This document shows, in pieces, positions 30,357 to 38,364 of a DNA stretch of 64,000 nucleotides. Where the stretch lies: assembly GCA_016219905.1 (NCBI GenBank), contig JACRKA010000351.1, positions 2,622-66,621 on the forward strand, written 5' to 3'. The DNA comes from Verrucomicrobiota bacterium. GTDB lineage: Bacteria; Verrucomicrobiota; Verrucomicrobiia; CAIQCK01. Numbering within the stretch: position 1 is the first letter of the stretch; each line of letters begins with the position of its first letter. A program made the translations under genes and the position numbers. A model generated the notes under the pieces. That model was not told where the DNA came from and searched no databases. It saw only the letters and a program-made list of their open reading frames with translations.

Positions 30357-31541
30357 CTAGAGGTCGGCTTTCTCGACAAGCTCCTTCAGTCGCGCGAGAA
30401 ACCGCGCGCCTGCAGTCCCCTCGATGATGCGGCGGTCGCACCCCAATGTCAGCCGCACCATGTGCCGCGTCTTCATGACGCTGTTGACGACGCGCGGCTC
30501 CTGTTGGATCGCGCCGACCGCCAGAACGGCGGAAAGCCCCGGCATGATCAGCCCGTTGAAGCTCTCGACGCCAAACATGCCCAGATTGGTCAGGCTGAAA
30601 TTCGCATCCGTGAGGTCATGCTGCGTCAGCGCTCCATCGCGCGCCCGCTGGGCCAGCGTGGCCACATTCAAGACCAACTGATCCAGCGGCCGGTTCTTCA
30701 CATCGTGCAGCACCGGCCACATCATGCCCCGCGGCGTGTCCACCGCCACGGCCATGTTCACTTGCGCGTTCTCGCGCCAACTCCGCCCCAGAAAAGTCCC
30801 GAAGAGCCGCGGGTGCTCCATCAACGCCTCGGCGGCAAGTTTCGCCATGATGGCCGTGATCGAAGGCGCGTCTTTGCGCGCGGCGCGCCATGCCACCAGC
30901 GCCGTGGCGTCCACGGCCATGGTGATGTTGTATTGCGGGATGTCTCGGTGCGCCTGCGCCATGCGCTGCACCCAGACCTGTTCCGCCGGCGTCAACATCA
31001 TCTGCCGCGTCGGCGCGGCGGGTGCCACCGCCTCTGCCGGCTCCGGTTTCGGCGGAAGCTCCTCTGTCTTCTTGCGCGCAATCGCCGCCTCCACATCGCC
31101 CACAATAATCCGCCCGCCGGGACCGCTGCCCCGTAATCCGCTGATGTCCAGGCCGCTCGCCTCGGCCAGCCAGCGGGCGCGCGCGCTGACCTTCGCCGCA
31201 GCCGCCGACAGCCCTGCTTCGGCGGTGGCAGCGGATTCCTCCGCCGGCTCCTCGTCCTCTGTCTCCGCGGCTTCTGTCGCTGGGGCTGCCTGAGGCTCAG
31301 GCGACTCGTCCTCGATGATCCCCAGCACAACGCCGGGTTTCGCCTCCGTGCCGGTTTCCAGAAAAATGTCCGCCAGCATCCCCTCAAACTCGCTCTCGAT
31401 CTCAAGGACCGTCGTGCGGGTCTCGACGGCCAGCACCACTTCGCCCTTCCGGATGGAGTCACCGATCTCTTTGCGCCAACGCCCGACCGTGGCGCGCCCC
31501 TGAACAGGCGCGCTGGGCGGCAATGTGATCTCGTATCTCAT
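30357..31541 (-). CDS. Degenerate homologue of the 2-oxoacid dehydrogenase E2 (dihydrolipoamide acyltransferase). It has lipoyl-like, subunit-binding and catalytic-like domains but lacks the lipoyl lysine and the catalytic histidine.
   Basis: The lipoyl-domain motif reads VETRTTVLEIES in place of ETDKA (no Lys). The peripheral-subunit-binding domain is intact (ISGLRGSGPGGRIIVGDVEAA). The catalytic motif reads GCDRRIIEGTAGARFL in place of DHRxxDG (His to Arg, Asp to Glu). Confidence 0.75.
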   Translation of the reverse strand: MRYEITLPPSAPVQGRATVGRWRKEIGDSIRKGEVVLAVETRTTVLEIESEFEGMLADIFLETGTEAKPGVVLGIIEDESPEPQAAPATEAAETEDEEPAEESAATAEAGLSAAAAKVSARARWLAEASGLDISGLRGSGPGGRIIVGDVEAAIARKKTEELPPKPEPAEAVAPAAPTRQMMLTPAEQVWVQRMAQAHRDIPQYNITMAVDATALVAWRAARKDAPSITAIMAKLAAEALMEHPRLFGTFLGRSWRENAQVNMAVAVDTPRGMMWPVLHDVKNRPLDQLVLNVATLAQRARDGALTQHDLTDANFSLTNLGMFGVESFNGLIMPGLSAVLAVGAIQQEPRVVNSVMKTRHMVRLTLGCDRRIIEGTAGARFLARLKELVEKADL

Positions 31542-31569
31542 CGGCTCTGCTCCGTCTTCCGGCCACCGT

Positions 31570-32016
31570 TCATTCCGACACGCGTTTGATGATCGCCAGC
31601 CATAATGAATCCACCGACCGCACCAGCTTGATCATCTGATTCAAATCAATCGGTTTGCTCAAGTAAGCATCGGCGTTGAGATCGTAAGCTTGCAGGATGT
31701 CCTCTTCCGCCTTCGACCCGGTCAGCACCACCACCGGGATGCGCTTCAGCACGGGGTCTTTCCTCATCTCGATCAACACCTCGCGCCCGTCCTTGCGGGG
31801 CAGGTTCAAATCAAGCATCACCAAGTCCGGCTCCCGCGCTGCCGCATACTTGCCCTCGCGCCGCAGGCAGGCCATCGCCTCGATTCCATCACCCACCACG
31901 GTGAGGCTGTTGTGCAGTTTGGCCTCGCGGAACATCTCTTGCACCAGCCGCGCGTCGCCCGCGCTGTCCTCAACCAATAGAATCTCTATCGGCTTGATCG
32001 CTTTCTTGTCACTCAT
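31570..32016 (-). CDS. Single-domain response regulator receiver protein (CheY-like).
   Basis: Start taken at MSDKKAIKPIEILLVEDS. Phospho-acceptor context VMLDLNLP and conserved LTGSKAEED / K-P region. Confidence 0.8.
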   Translation of the reverse strand: MSDKKAIKPIEILLVEDSAGDARLVQEMFREAKLHNSLTVVGDGIEAMACLRREGKYAAAREPDLVMLDLNLPRKDGREVLIEMRKDPVLKRIPVVVLTGSKAEEDILQAYDLNADAYLSKPIDLNQMIKLVRSVDSLWLAIIKRVSE

Positions 32017-32160
32017 TTGAGCCGCCAGATGATGTTGCACGCACCTGCCGCATTTCCAAATCTTCAATTCATCCTACCGTAATTCAGCCTAAAGACAACT
32101 CTGCAGTTGCGCCGGGTGACCTGCGCCAACCACGCCGCGCACGACTGACGCCGCCACCCT

Positions 32161-33066
32161 CTACTGTGACCCGAACAAACTTACGCCCGCCGGGCTGCGC
32201 CCGCCGCTGGTGTCCACGATCACCTTCCGCGCTTGTGCCAGGCATTGCTCCAGCGTCTCCAGATAAAGCCGGTGCCGCGTCGCCTCCGGCGCGTCCTTGT
32301 ATTTCGCGAACACCTCCCGCACCCGCTGCGCCGCGCCGCTGGCCAGCTCGACCTTCTCCTGCTTGTAGGCCTCCGCGAGCCGCTCCGCGCGATACGCCTC
32401 GCCCTGCGCCCTCGGGATCAAGTCGTTGGCATAACCCTGCGCCTCCTCCACCAGCCGGAAACGGTCGGCCTTCGCGCTGACCACATCGTTGAACGCAGCC
32501 GCCACCTCCGGCGGCGGATACACGCGCTGGATGTTTGCCGAGTTGATGCTGATGCCGCAGCGATACGCATCGGCCAGCTTCGCCAGCCGCTCCTGCACAC
32601 GCTGCTGGATCTCCACGCGCTTCTCGTAGAGCACCTCCTCCACCGGCATCCGCGCCACCACCTCCGTCAGCGCGTTCTTCGCCGCCGCCTTCAGCAAATC
32701 CTCCGGCGCGACGCTGCCGAACAGATAATCATGCGCCGAGGCGATGTTGTATTGCACCACCAGCTCGATGTTCACGATGTTCTTGTCGCCGCTGAGTAAT
32801 TCCACCTCTGCCGGCAACGGCGCCCAGCCCGTCACCTGCCCCGCCAATGCCACGCCCAGCCCCAGCCGTTTCGTCTCGCGCACCTTCAACGGCACCACCA
32901 CATCGCACGGCCACGGCAGCTTCACATGGATGCCGGGCGGCACGCGGTCATCCACGATCCGGCCGAACCGCCCCAGCACGCCCTGCTCGTCGGTCTTGAT
33001 CATATAGACCGACGTGGCCAGCCAGCCGATGACGGCCAGCGCGAATATCCAGCGAACTATTCTCAC
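32161..33066 (-). CDS. SPFH/band-7 domain protein (HflK/HflC family).
   Basis: N-terminal TM anchor followed by an SPFH domain and a coiled-coil tail. Overlaps the upstream SPFH gene by 4 nt. Confidence 0.8.
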   Translation of the reverse strand: MRIVRWIFALAVIGWLATSVYMIKTDEQGVLGRFGRIVDDRVPPGIHVKLPWPCDVVVPLKVRETKRLGLGVALAGQVTGWAPLPAEVELLSGDKNIVNIELVVQYNIASAHDYLFGSVAPEDLLKAAAKNALTEVVARMPVEEVLYEKRVEIQQRVQERLAKLADAYRCGISINSANIQRVYPPPEVAAAFNDVVSAKADRFRLVEEAQGYANDLIPRAQGEAYRAERLAEAYKQEKVELASGAAQRVREVFAKYKDAPEATRHRLYLETLEQCLAQARKVIVDTSGGRSPAGVSLFGSQ

Positions 33067-33953
33067 TTGTTTGCCTTCAACGCCTGCGATCCTTCCGTCA
33101 GCAGCTTCAGGAAATCACTGTCGCTGCCCAGCACCAGCGTCGTGTTCTCCTTCAGCGTCACCCGATACGCATCCAGCGTCCGCAGAAACTTGTAGAACGA
33201 CGGGTCCAGCGCGATGGCCGAGTTGTAAATCTCGATCGCCCTCGCGTCGCCCTCGCCCTTGAGCGTCTCGGCCTTGCGGTTCGCCTCGGCCAGGATCGTC
33301 GTCTTCTGCTTGTCCGCCTCGGCCCGGATCTTCATGCCCTCCTCCTGGCCCTCGGCGCGGAACTGCTTCGCCTCGCGCTGCCGTTCCGCCCGCATCCGCT
33401 CGAACACCGCGTCGCGGTTCTGCGTCGGGAAACCGAGCCGCTTGATCCGCACGTCCACCACCTCGATACCGTAGCGCCCCTTCGCCGTCTCGCTGCACTT
33501 CCCGCGGATCTCCTCCGAAAGCGGGTCGAGCTTCATCTCCTCCGGCTTTATCGAAAGCAACGCCGCCAGCGGCGTCACGCCCAGCTTTGAGCTAAGCTCG
33601 CTCCAGAGCACGTCCCGCAGCCGCATCTCCGCGCCGAGCGGGTCGCGCACCGCCAGCAGGAACTTCTGCGGCTCGGCGATCTTCCACGCCACGAAGCTCT
33701 GCACGACGATGTTCTTCTTGTCCTGCGTCAGGAACTCCGACGGTGTTGCGTCGTAAAGCCGCACGCGCCGGTCGAAGCGCAGCACGCCTTCCCACGGCCA
33801 CTTCAGCCCCAGTCCCGCCGCGTCGAGCGGGCGCACCGGCTTGCCAAACAGCGTCACGATCACGCTCTCGTTCTCGCGCACGGTGAAGAAGCACGTCCAG
33901 ACCGCGGCGACCGCCACGGCCAGCACAAGCAAGGTTTTCGATACAGGTTTCAT
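33063..33953 (-). CDS. SPFH/band-7 domain protein (HflC-like).
   Basis: N-terminal TM anchor, ESVIVTLFGKPV SPFH start, and a coiled-coil C-terminus (ERMRAERQREAKQFRAEGQEEG). Confidence 0.8.
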   Translation of the reverse strand: MKPVSKTLLVLAVAVAAVWTCFFTVRENESVIVTLFGKPVRPLDAAGLGLKWPWEGVLRFDRRVRLYDATPSEFLTQDKKNIVVQSFVAWKIAEPQKFLLAVRDPLGAEMRLRDVLWSELSSKLGVTPLAALLSIKPEEMKLDPLSEEIRGKCSETAKGRYGIEVVDVRIKRLGFPTQNRDAVFERMRAERQREAKQFRAEGQEEGMKIRAEADKQKTTILAEANRKAETLKGEGDARAIEIYNSAIALDPSFYKFLRTLDAYRVTLKENTTLVLGSDSDFLKLLTEGSQALKANK

Positions 33954-33954
33954 G

Positions 33955-36900
33955 TCACTCCTCGGAAATCGTCGGCCGCTGCGCCGTCTGCGCCGGCGCA
34001 GACGGTGCGCTTTGACTCAGCAGCGCCTTCAACCGCTCGTTCAGCAAATAAATCTGGTGCGGCGCCTTTGCGCGGTTGTCCACGACGTAAAGCTGCTGCC
34101 GCGGCAGCAACTCTTCCATCATCTCCAGGTAAAACCGTTCCGCCTGCGCCTCACGCTGTGGGCCGGCCGCCTTGGCCGTCGCTGCGAACCGCGCCGCGCG
34201 GCCATTGCTATCCGCGATTTTCGCGTCCCGTGCCGCCGTCGCCGCCGTCACCGTGTTCGTTGCCGCTCCGCGCGCCAGAGGCACCTGCTCATTGCGGTAG
34301 CCCTCCGCTTCGTTGATGACGCGGCTCTTTTCCTCAATGGCGCTCGCCACGTCGCGATACGCGTCCACCAGCTCGATCGGCGGATGCACGTCCTGCAACC
34401 GCACGGCCTGCACCTCGATCCCTGCCGCGCACGCATCGAGCCGCCGTTGGATGAACTCTCGCACATGCTGCTCGACGAAGGGCCGGCCCGTCGTGAGCAA
34501 TCGCTCCGCTGCCGCGCGTCCCGCCGCCTCGCGCAGCGCCGCCTCGGCCAGCGCCTTCACCAGCGCCGCCGGCTCCGTCGCCGCGAACAGGTAAGCCACC
34601 GGGTCCTTCACCACGAAATGCGTCGTCAGTGTCACCGCCACGAAGTTCTCGTCGCCCGCCACCACCATCGCCTCCTCCGGCACGAACTGGAACCCACCCT
34701 TGTGCTCATAGTTCCATTCGTAGGCCGTCGGTTCAATAAACACATTCGTCTGCGCGGCGGCCGGCTGCGTCCATCGTTTCCAGAACGGCTGCGCCGCGAC
34801 AGCGCGCTCCACCGCGCGCAACCCGACCTGCACACGCTGCACGCGCTCCGGCGTCACGCGGAGCACTTCGTCGCACGGCCACGGCCAGACGTAACTCAGC
34901 CCCGGTTCCAGCACGGCAACCTTTCGGCCAAAATGCAACCGCACGCCGACCTCGTCCGGCTGGATCGCCGTCAAGCCGGTCACAAACCAACTCGCCGTTG
35001 CCGCCACGAGCGCCACGCCCAGCGCTTTCGCCGGTTGGTTGCGACAGAACCCCGCCACCGCATTGCCCTGCCGCCGACATCCCGCCGTCTGCTGCTGCCA
35101 CCACGCCGCGCCGCGCCGCGCCGTCTCGCCGCTCGACAAGAGTCGCAGCGAGTTGCACACCACCAGCAGCGAGGAAATCTGGTGCGTGACCGCCGCGCCG
35201 ATCGGCCCGATCACGCCTTGCGACGCCGCGAACACCGCCGCGCCATTGAAGCCGACGGCGAACCACCAGATGTTGTGCCGGATCGTGCGGATGACCTGCC
35301 GGCAAAACTCGATCGCGAAAGGGATTCTCCTCAAGTCGTCCTGCATCAGCACGACATCAGCCGCCTCGATGGTGATGTCCGTGCCCAACCCGTGCATCGC
35401 CACGCCCGTGTCCGCCGCCGCGAGCGCCGGCGCGTCGTTGATCCCGTCGCCGCACATCAACGTCGCCAGCCCGCGCTGCTGGAGCGCGCGGATGCGCGCG
35501 ACCTTGTCCGCCGGCAGCAAGCCCGCGCCCACCTCGCCGATGCCCACGCGCTCGCCAATGGCGCGCCCGACGCGTTCGTTGTCACCCGTCAGCAGGACAA
35601 TCTGCTCGATGCCACACCCACGCAGCAACGCCACCGTCTCGCGCGCTTCCTCGCGTGGGGGGTCGCTAAGGGCGACCGCGCCGATGACGGTAGCCGCCGA
35701 CGTATGGAGGCGGTCCGCTTTCTTACCAACAGAACTGTTGTCCACCTCCTCACGTCGGTGGCTACCGCGCGCCACCAGCACCACCGTGTGGCCCGCTTCC
35801 TCCAGCCGCTGGATGCGCGCCTCGGCTTCCGCGGAAATCGCCGCGCCCCGCTGCTGCATCAGCTGGCGGTTGCCCACCGCAATGAATGTGGGAGGGGCCT
35901 TAGCGCCCCGACCCGGCGCGTCCCACGCCCCAGGAACGGACTTGGAAGTCCGTTCTACTTCGGAGGCTGTGCTCGAAGTCGTAGAACGGACTTCCAAGTC
36001 CGTTCCATCGTCACGACGAACCTCCGCCACCGTGCCCATGCCCGGCACGGCTTCGAACTTATCCGCCCGCTTCAGCGCAATGCCCCGCCGCTGCGCCTCC
36101 GCCACGATCACCTGCGCCAGCGGATGCTCCGAGTGCGACTCCGCCGTCGCCGCGAGCGCGAGCAACGCGCCCTCATCGCCGCCAAACGCGACCGTCTCGA
36201 CGACGCGCGGTTTGCCGACGGTCAGCGTGCCGGTCTTGTCGAACACAACCGCGCGCGTGTTCGCGAGCTTCTCCAGATAGATGCCGCCCTTGACCAACAC
36301 GCCGGCCCGCGCGAGCCGGCCGATGCCCGCCGCGATGCCCGTCGGCGTCGCCAACACCAGCGCGCACGGACACGCCACGATCAGCACGCTGACGGCCCGG
36401 ATGAGCCGCGCGCTGAAGTCCCCGCCGGAAAAGAAAAACGTCGCAAGGCCCAGCGCGATGACCGTCGGCACGAACCATACCGCCCACTTGTCGGCGCGCT
36501 GATGGACACCCGCCTTTTTCTCCTCCGCCTCCTCGACGAGGTGAATGATCTTGCCGAGCGTGGAATCCTCACCGACGCCAGTGACGCGCACGTCGAGCGA
36601 GCCGACCTGGTTGATGGTGCCTGCGAACACCTTGTCTCCGCCGGCCTTGTTCACCGGGATGCTCTCGCCAGTGATCGCGCTCTGGTCCACCGCCGATGCG
36701 CCCGCGACGACCTCGCCGTCCACCGCAATGCGCTCGCCCGGCCGAACCATAACCACGTCGCCAGCACGGATGTTGTCCAGCGCCACCTCGACGATGTCGC
36801 CGCCGCGCCGGACGCTGGCGGTGCGCGGCACCAGCTTGATGAGCTTCTCGATCGCGCCGCGCGTGCGGTCCACGGCGAGTTCTTCGAGATAGCCGCCGAC

Positions 36901-37176
36901 CAGCATGATAAAGATGACCTCGGCGGCGGCGAAATACTGGCCGATGTAGAGCGCGGCGCACGCGGCGATGGCGATGGCCAAGTCGCTGGAAATCTCGCGG
37001 TGGAGCAGCCCCCATGCGGCCTCGCCGAAGATCTTGTAGCCACCGATCAGCGTGATCAGCACCGCCACATCAAACGGCCCGACATCCTTGATCCAGCCAA
37101 ACCAGTAAAGCGCCAGCAGCCCGCCGACGGCGGCGATGAACAGTGGCTTGCACAGTTTCTTGAGCGACGCTGGCAT
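33955..37176 (-). CDS. Heavy-metal-translocating P1B-type ATPase (CPC type) fused at its C-terminus to an HflK-like SPFH domain. It carries in-frame palindromic insertions.
   Basis: P-type motifs: TGES, CPCAL (metal-binding TM6), DKTGTLT, GDGINDAPAL. The P-type portion ends at NSLRLL. After that the frame continues into a TM segment plus an HflK-like SPFH domain (VRLHFGRKVAVLEPGLSYVWPWP...) of about 370 aa. Total 1073 aa. Confidence 0.8.
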   Translation of the reverse strand: MPASLKKLCKPLFIAAVGGLLALYWFGWIKDVGPFDVAVLITLIGGYKIFGEAAWGLLHREISSDLAIAIAACAALYIGQYFAAAEVIFIMLVGGYLEELAVDRTRGAIEKLIKLVPRTASVRRGGDIVEVALDNIRAGDVVMVRPGERIAVDGEVVAGASAVDQSAITGESIPVNKAGGDKVFAGTINQVGSLDVRVTGVGEDSTLGKIIHLVEEAEEKKAGVHQRADKWAVWFVPTVIALGLATFFFSGGDFSARLIRAVSVLIVACPCALVLATPTGIAAGIGRLARAGVLVKGGIYLEKLANTRAVVFDKTGTLTVGKPRVVETVAFGGDEGALLALAATAESHSEHPLAQVIVAEAQRRGIALKRADKFEAVPGMGTVAEVRRDDGTDLEVRSTTSSTASEVERTSKSVPGAWDAPGRGAKAPPTFIAVGNRQLMQQRGAAISAEAEARIQRLEEAGHTVVLVARGSHRREEVDNSSVGKKADRLHTSAATVIGAVALSDPPREEARETVALLRGCGIEQIVLLTGDNERVGRAIGERVGIGEVGAGLLPADKVARIRALQQRGLATLMCGDGINDAPALAAADTGVAMHGLGTDITIEAADVVLMQDDLRRIPFAIEFCRQVIRTIRHNIWWFAVGFNGAAVFAASQGVIGPIGAAVTHQISSLLVVCNSLRLLSSGETARRGAAWWQQQTAGCRRQGNAVAGFCRNQPAKALGVALVAATASWFVTGLTAIQPDEVGVRLHFGRKVAVLEPGLSYVWPWPCDEVLRVTPERVQRVQVGLRAVERAVAAQPFWKRWTQPAAAQTNVFIEPTAYEWNYEHKGGFQFVPEEAMVVAGDENFVAVTLTTHFVVKDPVAYLFAATEPAALVKALAEAALREAAGRAAAERLLTTGRPFVEQHVREFIQRRLDACAAGIEVQAVRLQDVHPPIELVDAYRDVASAIEEKSRVINEAEGYRNEQVPLARGAATNTVTAATAARDAKIADSNGRAARFAATAKAAGPQREAQAERFYLEMMEELLPRQQLYVVDNRAKAPHQIYLLNERLKALLSQSAPSAPAQTAQRPTISEE
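35689..35766. repeat. In-frame palindromic element (family A) inside the P-type ATPase gene.
   Basis: 78 nt (26 codons). Arms ggtagccgccgacgtatggaggcgg / ccacctcctcacgtcggtggctacc. Encodes SHRREEVDNSSVGKKADRLHTSAATV, placed by eye into the HTVVLVARG...IGAVAL loop of the ATPase; P1B-ATPases are not expected to carry such a segment there. Confidence 0.75.
35893..36007. repeat. In-frame palindromic element (family B) inside the P-type ATPase gene.
   Basis: About 115 nt. It contains two mutually reverse-complementary 22-nt near-palindromes (gaacggacttggaagtccgttc / gaacggacttccaagtccgttc) flanking tacttcgg..cgaagtcgta. Encodes TDLEVRSTTSSTASEVERTSKSVPGAWDAPGRGAKAPP, sitting between VRRDDG and TFIAVGN, which I equate from memory with the VDGRTVLVGN region of other CopA-type pumps. 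Confidence 0.7.
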
Positions 37177-37289
37177 AGTGGACGTGGAGCGCAGTCTATA
37201 TCAGAACGCGGCCCCCGCTGCAAAGTTTCATCCCGCCTTTCCCTGCACGGCGGTTTGACATCGGCGGGGCAGTTCCTATACTCGCGGCC

Positions 37290-38261
37290 ATGAAGATCTT
37301 CGTCGTGGGCGGGGCTGGCTACATCGGCAGCATCTGTGTGGAAGAGGTGCTCAACGCCGGCCATCAGGTCACCGTGTTCGACAATCTCTCCGAAGGCCAC
37401 CGCAGCGCGGTGGACCCGCGCGCGGCGTTCGTGCAGGGCGATCTCGCCAATTACGCCGAGATCAGCGCCGCGCTGAAGGCCGCCGTGCCGGAGGCGGTGA
37501 TGCACTTCGCTGCGGCGTCGGTGGTGCCGGAGAGCATGGTCAACCCGTCGAAATATTTTCACAACAACGTCGCCAACGCCATCCACCTGCTCGACGCCAT
37601 CGTCGAGCACGGCATCAAGAAGTTCGTCTTCAGCGGCACCTGTGCCATCTTCGGCACTCCGGAACGCGTGCCGATGACCGAGGACCTGCCGGTTCGGCCC
37701 CTGTCGCCCTACGGTCAAAGCAAGGCAATGGTCGAGCAGATGCTGCGCTGGTATGACCAGATTCACGGCGTCCAATACGTGAGCCTCCGCTACTTCAACG
37801 CCGCCGGCGCGAGTGAGAAGTTCGGCGAACATCATCGCCGCGAGACGCATCTCATCCCCAACGTGCTGGCCGTCGCGCTCGGCACGAAAGACCACGTCGA
37901 GATCTACGGCACCGACTACCTCACGCCCGACGGCACGTGTGTCCGCGACTACATCCACATCATTGATCTCGCCCAGGCCCACATCCTCGCCCTCCAATGC
38001 CGCCAGAGCGCCTGCTTCAACCTCGGCTGCGGCGACGGCTACACGGTGAAGCAGGTCATTGACACCTGCCGCAAGGTCACCGGCCACCCCATCCACGCCA
38101 TCGAACGTCCGCGCCGGCCCGGCGATCCGCCGAAGCTGGTCGCTTCCTCGAAGAAGATTTCCTCCGAACTGGGATGGAAGCCGCGCTTCAACAAGCTCCA
38201 AGACATCGTCGCCAGCGCATGGGCGTGGCACAAGACGCACCTCAACGGGTATCCGGACTAG
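37290..38261 (+). CDS. galE: UDP-glucose 4-epimerase.
   Basis: N-terminal GGAGYIGS Rossmann motif, YxxxK (YGQSKAM) catalytic pair, 323 aa. Confidence 0.9.
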   Translation: MKIFVVGGAGYIGSICVEEVLNAGHQVTVFDNLSEGHRSAVDPRAAFVQGDLANYAEISAALKAAVPEAVMHFAAASVVPESMVNPSKYFHNNVANAIHLLDAIVEHGIKKFVFSGTCAIFGTPERVPMTEDLPVRPLSPYGQSKAMVEQMLRWYDQIHGVQYVSLRYFNAAGASEKFGEHHRRETHLIPNVLAVALGTKDHVEIYGTDYLTPDGTCVRDYIHIIDLAQAHILALQCRQSACFNLGCGDGYTVKQVIDTCRKVTGHPIHAIERPRRPGDPPKLVASSKKISSELGWKPRFNKLQDIVASAWAWHKTHLNGYPD

Positions 38262-38265
38262 CGGC

Positions 38266-38364
38266 GTTGGAGTGATGGAGTATGGGAGTGTTGGGGGGAT
38301 GGGGAGATAGAACTTTCCGCTTCAACAATCCACTACTCCACAACTCCAATACCCCATCACTCCA
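38266..38364. repeat. GGAGT-rich palindromic intergenic element (family E), copy 1, between the convergent galE and exported-protein genes.
   Basis: ttggagtgatggagtatgggagtgttgggg ... ccacaactccaataccccatcactccatc forms a long imperfect hairpin that abuts both stop codons. Confidence 0.75.
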
